From the NCBI GenBank assembly GCA_963724765.1, contig CAVRVY010000003.1, positions 128,001-192,000 of the forward strand: a DNA stretch of 64,000 nucleotides, given 5' to 3'. Every line of letters starts with the position of its first letter. The first letter of the stretch is position 1. Position numbers and translations under genes: made by a program. The notes under the pieces were generated by a model. That model was not told where the DNA came from. It worked only from the letters and a program-made list of their open reading frames with translations, and searched no databases. The stretch comes from an uncultured delta proteobacterium (GTDB taxonomy: Bacteria; Desulfobacterota; Binatia; Binatales; Binataceae). Shown piece by piece: positions 20,536 through 32,012 of this stretch.

Positions 20536-22824
20536 CTAACCCAGAGGGCACGCCGTTGTCTGATGCCGGCGGAGCTCGTGCTGTCGGCCGTTCACTAACA
20601 GCGTCATTGAGTCGTCTGTTTCCAATGTTGCTTGGAGAAGGCGATCCTGACCGTCGATCCTGATCTTCAGGCGGCGGCCACGCCACTCAATTCCAAAACT
20701 CAGGCTTCGCCAACTCGCAGGCAGTTTGGGGTCAAGGGCGAGCCCATCAGTTCGTAGTGACAGCCCGGCGAAGCCAAATACCGCCGTCAACCAGGTACCT
20801 CCGAGAGCAGCCATGTGCAGCCCTCCGGCGATCGCCGTGTGCGTATCGGCGAGGTCTATCGCCACGGCGTGCTGGAAATAGCGCAATGCCATCTCGGAAT
20901 AACCCAGCCTGGCCGCAACCAGCGCATGCATGGCGCCGCTGAGCGAACTACCGTGGCTGCAGCGCGGTTCGTAGTAGCGAAAGTTCGCCGCTGCGCTGTC
21001 ACCGGGGAATTCCTCCGGCAGCAACCCGAGGAGAGCTACAACGTCGGCTTGCTTGATCACTTTAGTCCGTTGCGTCCGCTGTCGTCCGAGTACGACGTCC
21101 ATGGGCACAGAGCGGCCCTCGTAAGCCGAAAGATCGATGTCCTCAAGGCCGAAGAACCCTGCGAATTGCTCGAACAGCCCAGTTTGCGGACTCCAGCCGG
21201 TCGCCATCGTCTGTGCCACGGTCCGCCACTGCGCGAGTTCGGTATCGGTCAAGCCAAGACGTGATGAGAAGCCGGCCCAGTGGTCGGGCCAGCGTTCCCG
21301 CAATATTGCGGCCACATCCAGCGCCCGCCGGATGTTCCAGCGCGCCATCACATTGGTGAACGCGTTGTCGTCGATTTGCTCGTGATACTCGTCCGGTCCG
21401 ATCACACCGCGGATGTGGCAGTAGCCGTCAGGTTCCGGTTGAGCGCGGCTCGACCAGAACCTGCCTGTCTCGAGGATGATCTCGGCCCCGGCGTCTAGCA
21501 GAAATTGTTCGTCTTTAGTCGCCTCCCAGTACTGCCAGACCGCGTACGCGATGTCTGCGGTAATGTGCTGCTCCTGCTTCCCGCAAAGAACATCCACAAT
21601 ATGACCATCGGGACAGACAACCTGCTGAGGAGTCGCTTCCGCACCGCTATCGGCGGATTCCCAGGCGTACATGGCGCCACGCCAACCCATCGCGGCCGCC
21701 TTCGCCCGCGCTCCATCGATGGTCCAAAAACGATACATGAGCAGCGCACGGGCCGCTTCTGGCCAGGTCAATGTATAGAACGGCAGCAGATAGATTTCGG
21801 TATCCCAGAACACGTGCCCGTTGTAGTCTTCGCCAGTTAGCCCACGCGCTCCGATGGAAACGCGCTCGTCGGCTGGGTTGGCCGCGCTAGTGAGGTGGTA
21901 CACGGCGAAGCGCAACGCCTGCTCCGCGGCCGGGGCTCCCCCGATTTCGATTTGGCTTCGCTGCCATCGCTCTGCCCAAGCTGCCTCGTGTTCCTGGACA
22001 ACCTTGTTCCAGCCGAGCCGTTTGGCTGCTCCAAGCTTCTCCGAAGCAACTGGCCCAGGGTCCGCATCGTGCGTGTCGCCTCTCGCTACCGCAATCAACC
22101 GCACAAGGCGCACTGTCTGGCCGGGGCGAGTCTTCCAGTGCCAGGACCACGCAAACGGTCCGGGCTTGGCCGGCGCGATGTCGGTGCCGTCGATCTGCAA
22201 CGAGGAGGCAGCGGCGACGGCGAGGCGTTTGCCCGAATACCTGGTCCGCCAGGTGCCGAGGTCTTGCTCCAGACGCTCGGTCACTAGCCCGAGACCTAGC
22301 CCTTCGAACGATGCTTCCAGGGTGAGCTCGATTTTCCCTTCCTCGATTTCCAAATTCACCACGTGGAGTCCGATCGCGCGCTCTCGTAATGATACGAGGC
22401 GCAGCGTTCGTGCGCGGACGGCTACAGTCGGGTGGTCGGCCAGCCGACCTCCGGTGAGCAATACGCCTCGTCGCATGTCGAGCGTCGCGCTGGGGGAGGT
22501 GACTTCCGAAAGGTCGTGGACGAGCGGTTCGCCAGTGGTAATGATGCGCACCTGCAGCCAGCCCGGGGCGGCGAGGAGTCTCGGTATCGGGTGATCAGGG
22601 CCCGTGGTGTCGAACAGACCGGCAATATAGGTGCGATGGGGCTCGATCCAGCGCCATCCGTGACCGACAGCGGGTCCTCCTCGAACCCCGAGGAAGCCGT
22701 TGCTCGTAGCAAAGCGTGCCTCGTAGATCTCTTCGCGAACCGGGTCATATCCCCATTTGGCAAGCAACCACGTGGGATCACTCGTGGGTTCGAGCAAGCT
22801 TTCCATCTCAAACAGACCCATCAC
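20536..22824 (-). CDS. Glycoside hydrolase family 65 (trehalose/maltose/kojibiose phosphorylase)
   Basis: SNGFLGVRG, ARGLTGEDYNGHVFWDTE, GPDEYHE, KQADV and HGSSLS. Confidence 0.93.
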   Translation of the reverse strand: MMGLFEMESLLEPTSDPTWLLAKWGYDPVREEIYEARFATSNGFLGVRGGPAVGHGWRWIEPHRTYIAGLFDTTGPDHPIPRLLAAPGWLQVRIITTGEPLVHDLSEVTSPSATLDMRRGVLLTGGRLADHPTVAVRARTLRLVSLRERAIGLHVVNLEIEEGKIELTLEASFEGLGLGLVTERLEQDLGTWRTRYSGKRLAVAAASSLQIDGTDIAPAKPGPFAWSWHWKTRPGQTVRLVRLIAVARGDTHDADPGPVASEKLGAAKRLGWNKVVQEHEAAWAERWQRSQIEIGGAPAAEQALRFAVYHLTSAANPADERVSIGARGLTGEDYNGHVFWDTEIYLLPFYTLTWPEAARALLMYRFWTIDGARAKAAAMGWRGAMYAWESADSGAEATPQQVVCPDGHIVDVLCGKQEQHITADIAYAVWQYWEATKDEQFLLDAGAEIILETGRFWSSRAQPEPDGYCHIRGVIGPDEYHEQIDDNAFTNVMARWNIRRALDVAAILRERWPDHWAGFSSRLGLTDTELAQWRTVAQTMATGWSPQTGLFEQFAGFFGLEDIDLSAYEGRSVPMDVVLGRQRTQRTKVIKQADVVALLGLLPEEFPGDSAAANFRYYEPRCSHGSSLSGAMHALVAARLGYSEMALRYFQHAVAIDLADTHTAIAGGLHMAALGGTWLTAVFGFAGLSLRTDGLALDPKLPASWRSLSFGIEWRGRRLKIRIDGQDRLLQATLETDDSMTLLVNGRQHELRRHQTTACPLG

Positions 22825-23555
22825 GCCGCACGACGACTGAGCCGGCCGGCCGCCAGCTCGTCCACGGCGATTTCATCGAGGCTTGTCACTACCACATCGG
22901 CGCCGGCCGCCCGCAGCACATCGGAATCGTTAAGCCGGGCAACCCCGAGCACTATCATGCCGCCGGCACGCGCCGCCTCGACTCCGGCTGGCGCGTCCTC
23001 GACCACGAAGCATTTTGCAGGCGGCAGTTTCAGCTCTGCGGCGGCCAACAGGAAGATTGCCGGATCCGGCTTGCCCCGGGGCAGATCGCGTCCGCAGACG
23101 TTAACGGTGAACATGTCCAGTAAACTCCCGCCGGTTTCCAGGGATATCGCCTGCATCATCTGATTGGCATTGTGCGAAGATGAGGCCACGGCCATTGGCC
23201 AGCCCAGCTCGTGAACGGCCTGAACGAAGCGGATGGCGTCAGGGAAAGCAGCGAAATCCCTGGCATGGATCAGCTCCTCGAGCCTTTTCTGCTTGCATTC
23301 GGCGTAAGCGAAGGCGCGCTGTTTGGCGGCTGGTACTCCCAAAGCCTCCAGAACGGCAATAGCGCCGCTGAGCCGCGGTTTGCCCGCGACACGACTCTCG
23401 TAGAGTTCGGTGGTCAGACGCTCTGGATCAGCGAAGCCCCCAAGCGCCTCCCGCCACGCCCGCTCATGGGGCGACGCCAGCAGGACACCATCGACGTCAA
23501 AAATGGCCGCCGCCAAGCTACATTTGGTTGTTTTCAAATCGGCCAAGGACATCAC
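22821..23555 (-). CDS. HAD hydrolase, beta-phosphoglucomutase-like
   Basis: FDVDGVL, GKPDPAIFL and VEDAPAGV. Confidence 0.88.
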   Translation of the reverse strand: MMSLADLKTTKCSLAAAIFDVDGVLLASPHERAWREALGGFADPERLTTELYESRVAGKPRLSGAIAVLEALGVPAAKQRAFAYAECKQKRLEELIHARDFAAFPDAIRFVQAVHELGWPMAVASSSHNANQMMQAISLETGGSLLDMFTVNVCGRDLPRGKPDPAIFLLAAAELKLPPAKCFVVEDAPAGVEAARAGGMIVLGVARLNDSDVLRAAGADVVVTSLDEIAVDELAAGRLSRRAA

Positions 23556-25621
23556 TTTTGAGTCTCAGCTTTGTCACGGCGGGGGCGCACGAGAACAACA
23601 ACTGACCTAGCGGCCACTTTGTAGCGTACCGACGACAGTGACTCGCCGTGGTCTGTCTCGGAGATGTCTTCCGGCGCGCTGCGAGAAGTGTCGATTGCCT
23701 TAAGCCAATCCTCCACGGCTCCCTCTTGGACGATGAAATCAAGATCTTGCCAAAATGCATTGATCATTACATACAAATCGTCATCACCGACCTGTGACCC
23801 GCTCAAGAAAAAAGCCAGTGTATGGGAATCGTGGGAAAGATCAGGTTGCCCAGTGACTCCGTACCAGCGTACGTCGTCCGCCCAGAAACCACTGCGCCCG
23901 ATCGAGGGATGGCGCTTGCGAAAAGCGATCATATGCTTGAAGAATCGGAAAATATCCCGGTTCAGCTCAAGACGGCCCCAATCGAGCCAGACAGTTTCAT
24001 CGTCCCTCCTGTATGGGTTGGGATCGCCGCGCTGGGTATTCATGAATTCATCCCCTGCTCGGAACATCGGGGTTCCGTTCGCAAGCATCAGAAGAGAGAA
24101 GAAGTTCTTCACCTGACGCTTGCGAAGCGCAATCACATCTTCGGGAACATCCGAGTCACCTTCCCAGCCACAGTTCCAGCTCCCTTGGCTATCGTTGGTG
24201 TAGGAGACGAGGTCATTCAGGGACATGCCGTCGTGGCAGGTTACAAAATTCACACTTTGTGACGGACGAGAGGCATTCGCGAGATCATCCGGAAACAGGT
24301 CGGTGCTACCATAGAGCCTGGTCATGACAGCTGAAACCAGTCCGTTATCGCCTTTGACGAAACCACGGAGGTCGTCGCGAAATTTCCCGTTCCACTGCTG
24401 CCAGCCCAGCCCTGGAAACGAACGGCCCAGCACATACCCGCTACCAGGCTCGCCTTGCCAGGGTTCCGCTATCAATCGGACGTTTTTGGCGAAATAGCCG
24501 GTGATTTCTGCGATGATGGCGGGATCGTGGTAATTTAGGGAGCCGCTGCTGTCGCGCATGAAGATCGAGGCGAGGTCGAAACGAAACCCGTCTACGCCGA
24601 TCTCGGTGGCCCAATAATGCAAACTGTCAAACACTAATTTGCGAACCAGTGGGTGGGCATTGCGCAGATCATTGCCGCACGCGCTGAAGTTCACGTACTG
24701 GCTCAAATCGTTCGGGTCGAGTGCGTAATATGTCGAATCGTCAATGCCTCGGAAACTATACGTAGGACCACTCCGGTCGCCTTCCGTGGTATGGTTGTAG
24801 ACGACGTCTAGTATCACCTCGATTCCGGCGCGATGAAGAGCCTCCACCATTTCTCGAAATTCGCCGGGCGCAGCATGAGCGTCAGCGTTTTCTGCGTATA
24901 AGTGGTGCGGAGCGAAGAAGCCCAGGGGCATATACCCCCAGTGACTTCCCTCTTGCGGATCGCACTGATGAACCGGCATGAGCTCGACAGCGGTGACCCC
25001 AAGCTCTTTGAGATAGGGGACCATAGCACCGACGCCCGCGTATGTCCCGCGAGTTGGGTCATCCAGCTTACAGCTTGAATGTCTCGTGAAGTTGCGCACG
25101 TGCAGCTCGTAGATTACCGAATCATGAGTGTGTCGCAGCACACCTGTTTGCGCAGCCACAGCTTCGAAAGTTCTGTCGGGCAGAATACCTAGGGGAGCCT
25201 TGCCGTCATTCGGACCCGGCGCACACGCTGCTCTGCGGCTGAAATCGGGTGGTAGAAAGATCCGACGGGCATACGGATCGAACAGTATTTTGCTATCGTC
25301 GAAACGATCTCCCGTCACTGGATTGAACGGACCGTCAAGTTTGTAGGCATAGTACCTCGCCTCTCCGATTTCTGCGGCAGGCACCAACATGTGCCAGACT
25401 CTCGACGTCTTGTTGGTCGGAAAACTAAATCGATATACCTTCGCCGGGATGGTGAAATTCGGCTCTTGATAGAGGAGAAGCGACGCCGACGTGGCGTTCT
25501 TGGAATAGATGGAGAAGTTGTAAGCCTGCTCCGACGCAAACCATGTAGCTCCGAGCGGCAATGCGGAACCTTCTACGCGGCTCCAGTTGTCGAGGGTGAT
25601 GCGATTTTGGTTTGAGGACAT
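23552..25621 (-). CDS. glgX: Glycogen debranching enzyme / isoamylase (GH13)
   Basis: YELHVR, DVVYNHT, GFRFDLA, EPW and CHDG; start placed at MSSNQNR after SD GAGG. Confidence 0.9.
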   Translation of the reverse strand: MSSNQNRITLDNWSRVEGSALPLGATWFASEQAYNFSIYSKNATSASLLLYQEPNFTIPAKVYRFSFPTNKTSRVWHMLVPAAEIGEARYYAYKLDGPFNPVTGDRFDDSKILFDPYARRIFLPPDFSRRAACAPGPNDGKAPLGILPDRTFEAVAAQTGVLRHTHDSVIYELHVRNFTRHSSCKLDDPTRGTYAGVGAMVPYLKELGVTAVELMPVHQCDPQEGSHWGYMPLGFFAPHHLYAENADAHAAPGEFREMVEALHRAGIEVILDVVYNHTTEGDRSGPTYSFRGIDDSTYYALDPNDLSQYVNFSACGNDLRNAHPLVRKLVFDSLHYWATEIGVDGFRFDLASIFMRDSSGSLNYHDPAIIAEITGYFAKNVRLIAEPWQGEPGSGYVLGRSFPGLGWQQWNGKFRDDLRGFVKGDNGLVSAVMTRLYGSTDLFPDDLANASRPSQSVNFVTCHDGMSLNDLVSYTNDSQGSWNCGWEGDSDVPEDVIALRKRQVKNFFSLLMLANGTPMFRAGDEFMNTQRGDPNPYRRDDETVWLDWGRLELNRDIFRFFKHMIAFRKRHPSIGRSGFWADDVRWYGVTGQPDLSHDSHTLAFFLSGSQVGDDDLYVMINAFWQDLDFIVQEGAVEDWLKAIDTSRSAPEDISETDHGESLSSVRYKVAARSVVVLVRPRRDKAETQK

Positions 25622-25699
25622 GTCCTCTGGCTTCCAATGGATTCGTTTGTCAGTGGTCTGCATAACCTGGGGTTTGAGCCCCTTCTCTAACGCCTTGCC

Positions 25700-26025
25700 A
25701 TTATGCGGCCCCGGCGCCGCGATAATGGATGGCCCCGGCGAAGCTGACAAAATGGGTCGACGGCCAGAATTGCATTATTCGCTGCAAAGTGTCGGGCATA
25801 CTGCCTAGCGGCGTCGTACTGCCGGACAGGAGACTCAGAAGGATGAAGACCGGCTGCGGCATCGAGCTGATCTGCGAAGCGATCATTATGCTCAGGGAGG
25901 TGATCGAAGAGAGATAGACCGCCACTCCGCCTGCGAACAGCGCCAACGAACCGGCGATCGGCACGCCAAGCAGACCTTTTACGACAAAAATCAATGACAA
26001 CACCGCAGCGCTGACGATCACGAGA
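25700..26025 (-). pseudogene. Degenerate ABC-2 permease (YhhJ-like) fragment
   Basis: VPIAGSLALF and SMPQ...LLSGSTTP..SMP parallel the intact permease at 26812-28029. Confidence 0.7.
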
Positions 26026-26029
26026 AGCC

Positions 26030-26163
26030 CTCGGGCAGGGTATTCCCGTGCGGCTCAGGTTGTGCGTCGTTTCTCCAAGCGAGGCGTTGTTCCCGCCCAG
26101 TTGGCGGACATTGGAAGAAGCCGGATCGGAGAACCAGATAACTGGACGAGTCCCTGCGGACAT
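26030..26163 (-). pseudogene. ppsA: PEP synthase N-terminal fragment
   Basis: MSAGTRPVIWF...LGGNNASLGETTHNLSRTGIPCP (cf. GGKNASLGEM); SD GGAGGA. Confidence 0.65.
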
Positions 26164-26207
26164 ACTCTGTTCCTCCGTGAACCTACGAGCTTCTGGCAAA
26201 TGCCTAT

Positions 26208-26931
26208 GCCATGAAGGTGATTGTCTTACGGAAGCGCGCCAGCGCGACACCGAACAAGATCGAACCAATCAGGCCGAGCGCGGCAAATTGTTTCCAAACC
26301 AGCGAGAATCCAGCGCCACGGAATTCTGATCATGGCACCACGAGTACAAGAGAGGGTGCCAGTGACACCAGCTTCTGAGATACGCTCCCTAACAGTAATC
26401 CCGCTAGCTGCCCTCGTCCTCTCCGTCCGACTACTATGATGTCGGTCCGTTCCCGTCGAGCCATGTCCATAATGGCTTCCGCCACGTCACCGGAACCAGA
26501 CGATGTTCGCACCTTTGCTACCCCGATACTCTCGGCCCGTTCTTTAGCTTCGACCAAAATGCGTGTTTCCAGCAATTCCAACCCTTCATCAACTCCTCCC
26601 TCGGCTCGCGCCAATTCGCTCCATTTTGCTGGAGGAAGAGTATTCTCAGGAAGAGTGAGAATCAGCAAGTCGCAATCCAAAGCCTTTGCCATTTCGGCAG
26701 CAGCGGTCACAGCACGACTACCGCCAGACGATCCATCTGTCGCCACCAACATTCGTGATATTGGCATTTGTTATTCCATGGCACGAGCTATTCTTTTTTT
26801 CCAGCCCCCGTTCACGCCATGAAGGTGATTGTCTTACGGAAGCGCGCCAGCGCGATACCGAACAATACAGAGCCAATCACGGCGAGCGCGGCAAATTGTT
26901 TCCAAACCAGGGAGAATCCAGCGCCACGGAA
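26208..26931. repeat. 116-bp imperfect direct repeat (26208-26323 and 26816-26931) of the permease 3' end flanking the USP gene
   Basis: Both copies run GCCATGAAGGTGATTGTCTTACGGAAGCGCGCCAGCGCGA...GAGAATCCAGCGCCACGGAA with scattered substitutions. Confidence 0.9.
26330..26767 (-). CDS. Universal stress protein
   Basis: LVATDGS, IIVVGRRGRG and LLGSVSQKLV. Confidence 0.93.
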   Translation of the reverse strand: MPISRMLVATDGSSGGSRAVTAAAEMAKALDCDLLILTLPENTLPPAKWSELARAEGGVDEGLELLETRILVEAKERAESIGVAKVRTSSGSGDVAEAIMDMARRERTDIIVVGRRGRGQLAGLLLGSVSQKLVSLAPSLVLVVP

Positions 26932-28029
26932 CAGGATAGCTTGTCCCAGCGTGACCAAGTGAGTCGTCGGCGCGGCGAGCATCACAATTTGTACGGGCTC
27001 GGGCATGCTCTCTCGCGGAGTGAAGCCGCCCGACAACAACACTAGGGGGAGCAGCACCAGGATCATCAGTAAGCCGAATTGCGGCATGGAGCGAGCGAAG
27101 GTCGCCAAGAAGATACCGAGGGTCGTAGTGGCAAAAAGTTCAATCCCGGCACCGGCCAGAAAAAGCGCGATTGACCCCTCGAGCGGAACCGACATCGCTA
27201 TGTGTACTACAAATACGAGAGACAATCCGCAGACCGCGAGCACGACCAGGGCCATCGACCAGATTTTGCTCGTCATAATCTCGAACGGGGTGACCGGCAT
27301 CACGAGCAGATGCTCTACCGTGCCGTGCTCGCGCTCACGAATGAGAGCGGCGCCGGTAAGGACAATCGAGAGCATCGTAACCTCGTTGATGATTTCGCAC
27401 ACCGCGCCAAACCATAGCCTTTCGAGATTCGGATTGAAGCGCACGTATAGGGCAAGATCGGGCACTTCCACCCCGCTCTGCGGCCAATCTTTGGACTCAG
27501 TCGAACGTCCCACATAGGCACCCGCGGTGATGGCTCGACCGGATGGGGGATAACCCGCGGGTTGCGTGCCGGCGGGCTTGTAGTGCTTTACGAAGGCGTC
27601 GACCTCGGCACTGATGATGTTCTGAATATACCCGCCCCCGGTGAACGCCTGATGCATGCGTGTCGCATCAACGTTGAGTTGGACTCGAGGGTTTCGCCCC
27701 GCCATGACATCGCGCTCGAAGTCCGGTGGGATGTCCACGGCGAAGGTATCAGACCCGGCGTCCATCCGTGCATCCATTCGATCCCGGCTGATAAGCGCGG
27801 GTCGCATAAACTGGGGCGGGAAAAAAGCATCAATGATCCGCGCGGAAAGCTGCGACTGATCCTCGTCCACAATCGCGATCGGAACCTTGCTGAGCGTTTC
27901 CGGTATCGACTTGCCCACCGCGTAAACTGAAAGGGTAAACGCCCATGTAATAAGGGCTATCATGACCGGGTCATGGGCCAGGCTGCGAAGTTCCTTGATG
28001 CCAAGATTCCAGATGTTCGCCAGGCGCAT
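26812..28029 (-). CDS. yhhJ: ABC-2 transporter permease
   Basis: LGIKELRSL and GAALIREREHGTVEHLLVMP. Confidence 0.9.
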   Translation of the reverse strand: MRLANIWNLGIKELRSLAHDPVMIALITWAFTLSVYAVGKSIPETLSKVPIAIVDEDQSQLSARIIDAFFPPQFMRPALISRDRMDARMDAGSDTFAVDIPPDFERDVMAGRNPRVQLNVDATRMHQAFTGGGYIQNIISAEVDAFVKHYKPAGTQPAGYPPSGRAITAGAYVGRSTESKDWPQSGVEVPDLALYVRFNPNLERLWFGAVCEIINEVTMLSIVLTGAALIREREHGTVEHLLVMPVTPFEIMTSKIWSMALVVLAVCGLSLVFVVHIAMSVPLEGSIALFLAGAGIELFATTTLGIFLATFARSMPQFGLLMILVLLPLVLLSGGFTPRESMPEPVQIVMLAAPTTHLVTLGQAILFRGAGFSLVWKQFAALAVIGSVLFGIALARFRKTITFMA

Positions 28030-28032
28030 CGC

Positions 28033-30864
28033 TTAAGTCTCCTGCTTCTTCAGCAGCAGCGTGGTCGCGGCGACCATTACCAGCCCAGCCAGCAGCAATG
28101 GGATATAGAACGCTCGCAGGTCCCAGAAGCCCAGTGCCTTTGAAAAAGTTCCTCGTGAAATCTGGATGTAATAAGTAGTGGGATAGATTGCGCCGATGAA
28201 CTTTCCGAATCCTCCCAGGCTGGATACCGGGTCGAGAACTCCGCAGAACTGCATGGCTGGTACAAGTGTTAGTATCGCAGCTCCAAAGATTGCTGCGATC
28301 TGACTTCGAGTGAAGCTGGATATCAGCAGCCCAAACGCGGTGGCGGCGTTCACATATAACAGGCTCCCTATTGCCAGCGCCAGGAAACTGCCCTTGAGAG
28401 GCACCCCGAACACCGTGATTCCCATCAATAGCAGCAGCACAAAATTCACCATCGCGATGGCTACATACGGAAGCTGTTTGCCAAGCAGGAACTCAAGCCG
28501 GGTTACCGGGGTAACGTAGAGATTGACGATGGAGCCGAGCTCCTTTTCCCGCACCACACTGAGAGCGGCCAGCATCGCGGGGATCATCATCAGCAGCAGC
28601 GGGATCACTGCGGGAACCATGGCCGGCAGGCTCCGGACATCCGGGTTATAGCGGTAACGAATTTCGACCGTGGCTAGAGTGCCCTCGGGAGACATCCCTG
28701 GTGTCTTCTCGGAGGAAACCCCTGGAATATGCGAGACACGACCTTGCATATTGGCCAGCCATTGCGAATGTACAATCTGAACATAGCTGCGGATGGTCTC
28801 GCCGCGGGTAGGATTGGCGCCGTCGATCCAGGCTCCGATCCGCGCAGTTCGACCACGGGCCAGATCGCGTCCGAAATGCGGCGGAATTTCGAGCGCGAGA
28901 CTCAGCTCGCCTGAACGCATACGCCGGTCCAGCTCTGCATAGTCGCGAATCGGACCGTGCTCGATGAAATAACGTGGTGAGCCGATGAATTGAAGCGCGT
29001 AGTTATTACTAGTCTCGGTTTGATCCCGATCGAGTACAGCAAATGACAGGTGCTCCACGTCCAGGGTGATGCCATACCCCATGACGAGCATAAGGATGAG
29101 GGTGCCGAGCAGCGCCAGCGCCGCGCGCATCGGATCGCGCCGCAGCTCGAGCGACTCGCGGCGCGTATAACTGAACATCCGCCCAAAATCGAAACCGGAA
29201 CGGGGCCTTGCTTCTTGCGCTTCCGACAAACCCTGTTCAGGCGCTCGAGTGCTGGCCGAGACCGCGGGCTTGGATGATACCGCAGGCTTGGATGAGGAAG
29301 GGGGCTGGCCTTTCACGCCAGTCGCTTCTTCGAGATAGGAGATAAAGGCATCCTCCAGTGTTGCTGCTCCGCGCTTCTTAACCACTGCGCTGGGAGCATC
29401 ACTGACCAGCACCCGCCCGGCATTCATTAAGGATATGCGATCACAGCGCTCGGCCTCGTTCATGAAATGCGTCGAGACGAAGATGGTGACCTGGTCGCGG
29501 CGCGAAAGCTCGAGCAGAATTTGCCAGAACCCGTCACGCGCGACAGGATCGACCCCGGAAGTGGGCTCGTCCAGGATCAGCATCTCCGGGTGATGGATCA
29601 TCGCCACTGCCAGCGAGAGGCGTTGGCGTTGGCCCATCGGCAGCGCGGACGGAAACGCGTCTATCACCGACGCCAGATCGAACCGCTTCACCATCTCCTG
29701 AACGCGCGCCAGGATCATCTCAGCGGGGACCTGGAAAAGGCGCGCGTGAAGCTCGAGGTTCTGGCGAACGGTCAATTCGGTATAGAGCGAGAAGGCCTGC
29801 GACATGTAACCGACCCGGCGACGGGTAGCGAGGTCGTTTGGATCGAGGAGCTGGCCGAATAACCGAGCTTGCCCCTCGGTGGGTGCGAGCAGCCCGGTCA
29901 TCATTTTCATCGTGGTCGTCTTGCCACAACCATTGGAGCCGAGGAATCCGAAAATTTCGCCACGTTCAATATTGAAGCTGACATGATCGACGGCCGTAAA
30001 GTCGCCGAACCGCATCGTCAGGTCCTTGGCTTCAATGGCGACGGCGCCGCCTTCCGTCACCCGACGCGGCTTAATCTCCACCGCGCGATGGCCGCGCCGT
30101 TTTTCTTCGGGTAGCAGTTCGATAAATGCAGCCTCCAGCGAAGTCGTGCTGGTGCGCGAAAGCAGTTCTTGCAGTGAACCGGTTGCGAGCACGTGACCGG
30201 CGTCCATTGCCATCAGCCAGTCAAACCGCGAGGCTTCTTCCATGTAAGCGGTAGCCACCATGACGCTCATGCCGGGCCGCTCTACCCGGATGCGCGCGAT
30301 CAGTTCCCAGAATTGGCGCCGTGAAAGGGGATCAACACCGGTGGTCGGCTCATCGAGGATGAGAAAATCCGGGTCGTGGATCAGAGCGCAGCACAAGCCA
30401 AGCTTCTGCTTCATCCCGCCGGAGAGCTTGCCGGCTGGGCGGTCGGCAAATGGGGCCAAACCTGTACTTTCCAGGAGCTGGGCAATACGTCGTTGGCGGT
30501 TCTCCTGAGAATGACCGAACAGGCGGCCAAAGAAGTCGATATTCTCGAACACCGACAGCGTTGCGTAGAGATTCCCACCGAGACCCTGCGGCATATACGC
30601 GATGCGCGGACACACCGCCCGGCGATGATCCGCTGAGGCCATGTCTCCGCCGAGCACCATGACCTGCCCGGTCTGTACGGCGTGTGCGCCGGCAAGGAGC
30701 GAAAGCAGGCTTGATTTGCCGACACCATCCGGACCGATCACGCCCACCATGCAATCTGCAGGGACGTCCAGAGTAATGCCATCCAGTGCCTGCGTTCTGC
30801 CATAACGCAGGCTCACGTCGCGAAGCCGGGCGACCGGCGGCACATTCTGGCGACCATTGCTCAT
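28033..30864 (-). CDS. rbbA: Ribosome-associated ATPase / ABC transporter with two NBDs and a permease
   Basis: [24 protein letters not shown] and [11 protein letters not shown]. Confidence 0.93.
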   Translation of the reverse strand: MSNGRQNVPPVARLRDVSLRYGRTQALDGITLDVPADCMVGVIGPDGVGKSSLLSLLAGAHAVQTGQVMVLGGDMASADHRRAVCPRIAYMPQGLGGNLYATLSVFENIDFFGRLFGHSQENRQRRIAQLLESTGLAPFADRPAGKLSGGMKQKLGLCCALIHDPDFLILDEPTTGVDPLSRRQFWELIARIRVERPGMSVMVATAYMEEASRFDWLMAMDAGHVLATGSLQELLSRTSTTSLEAAFIELLPEEKRRGHRAVEIKPRRVTEGGAVAIEAKDLTMRFGDFTAVDHVSFNIERGEIFGFLGSNGCGKTTTMKMMTGLLAPTEGQARLFGQLLDPNDLATRRRVGYMSQAFSLYTELTVRQNLELHARLFQVPAEMILARVQEMVKRFDLASVIDAFPSALPMGQRQRLSLAVAMIHHPEMLILDEPTSGVDPVARDGFWQILLELSRRDQVTIFVSTHFMNEAERCDRISLMNAGRVLVSDAPSAVVKKRGAATLEDAFISYLEEATGVKGQPPSSSKPAVSSKPAVSASTRAPEQGLSEAQEARPRSGFDFGRMFSYTRRESLELRRDPMRAALALLGTLILMLVMGYGITLDVEHLSFAVLDRDQTETSNNYALQFIGSPRYFIEHGPIRDYAELDRRMRSGELSLALEIPPHFGRDLARGRTARIGAWIDGANPTRGETIRSYVQIVHSQWLANMQGRVSHIPGVSSEKTPGMSPEGTLATVEIRYRYNPDVRSLPAMVPAVIPLLLMMIPAMLAALSVVREKELGSIVNLYVTPVTRLEFLLGKQLPYVAIAMVNFVLLLLMGITVFGVPLKGSFLALAIGSLLYVNAATAFGLLISSFTRSQIAAIFGAAILTLVPAMQFCGVLDPVSSLGGFGKFIGAIYPTTYYIQISRGTFSKALGFWDLRAFYIPLLLAGLVMVAATTLLLKKQET

Positions 30865-31964
30865 TGTGGTTGGCTAATTGGCGGTGGCAGCCGAGTCTGC
30901 AGATCGCTGGGCCACTCTGCGTGGGGATCGAGCCGGACATAAGCCATGCCGGGCAGGCCCGTCTTGACCTGGCTGAGGTACTGGCGGAGTAACTCCGGTG
31001 CGATCTGGCCTTTGATCCGGAACGTCAGCTTTTGGCGTTCTTCCGCGGTCTCCACCGTCTTGGGAGTGAACTGGGCGACGTTGGCGACAAAGCTTACTTT
31101 GGCCGGGATGACGAACTGGGGGACGGCGTCGAGTACGATCCGCACGTCGGCGCCAACGGCCACTTGGCCCGCCACTTTGTCGGGCAGGAAGAAGGTCATG
31201 TACACGTCGCTCAGATTGACCAGATTCAGCACACGCCCACCCGCTCCGAGAACTTCGCCCGGCTCCGCGACGCGGTACTGCACGCGTCCGTTCACCGATG
31301 AACGAAGCTGGCTGTCGTCAATATTCGCCTGGATGCGCTGGATGGTCGCTCGTTCTGCGTCCACCTTGGCCCGCGCATCAAGGACTTCGGAGGTGGCCGA
31401 ACCGACAGCAGCGTCGGCAGCTGCGGCTTGCGCCTCGGCCGCACTGACCGCTGCCTCCGCGCTCTTAAAATCTGCGCGAGCGTTATCCAGAGCCTGGACC
31501 GTGACAAAGTCTTTCGGGGCCAGCGCCTGGGTTCGCAGGAAGAGCTTCTGAGCGGCATCAAGCTCTGCTTTTCGTTGCGCTATAACTGCGATTGCGGCGG
31601 TCTTATCGGCGCGCCGTTGCGCTACCTGGCTCTGAGCGGTCGCGACGCCGACAACCGCGCTCTGAAGCTGGGCTTCCGCCTCCCTGCGCTGTGCCATAAG
31701 CACGTCGGTGTCCATTTGGACCAGAAGCTGCCCGGGGCGGACGAGATCGCCTTCGTGCACCGTGACGGTCCGGATACGTTCCGCAATTTTGGCGTCAACG
31801 TCGACCTCGGTCGCTTCGATGCGGCCGTTCCCGCTTGCGAAACCTTCCGGCAAACCTTTCGGTTTAAGAAGCTGCCAAGCCAAAAAAGCAATGGCGCAGG
31901 CGGCGACAATGAGGGTGGTCCTTACCCACCAAGCGCGTTTCTGTAGAAATCCAAAGGATGCCAT
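30861..31964 (-). CDS. HlyD family membrane fusion protein (YhiI-like)
   Basis: [21 protein letters not shown] and KTGLPG. Confidence 0.93.
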   Translation of the reverse strand: MASFGFLQKRAWWVRTTLIVAACAIAFLAWQLLKPKGLPEGFASGNGRIEATEVDVDAKIAERIRTVTVHEGDLVRPGQLLVQMDTDVLMAQRREAEAQLQSAVVGVATAQSQVAQRRADKTAAIAVIAQRKAELDAAQKLFLRTQALAPKDFVTVQALDNARADFKSAEAAVSAAEAQAAAADAAVGSATSEVLDARAKVDAERATIQRIQANIDDSQLRSSVNGRVQYRVAEPGEVLGAGGRVLNLVNLSDVYMTFFLPDKVAGQVAVGADVRIVLDAVPQFVIPAKVSFVANVAQFTPKTVETAEERQKLTFRIKGQIAPELLRQYLSQVKTGLPGMAYVRLDPHAEWPSDLQTRLPPPISQPQ

Positions 31965-32012
31965 GTCAGTTCGCCTCAGACCGCAGCTGAGCGATGTGTT
32001 TGCAATCGAGGT

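Noticed and set aside
25622-25750. ORF-track N-terminal extensions of glgX (also acr3, pgm, xfp, TolC, istB)
   Set aside because: Downstream starts with SD sequences or gene overlaps fit the family N-termini better.
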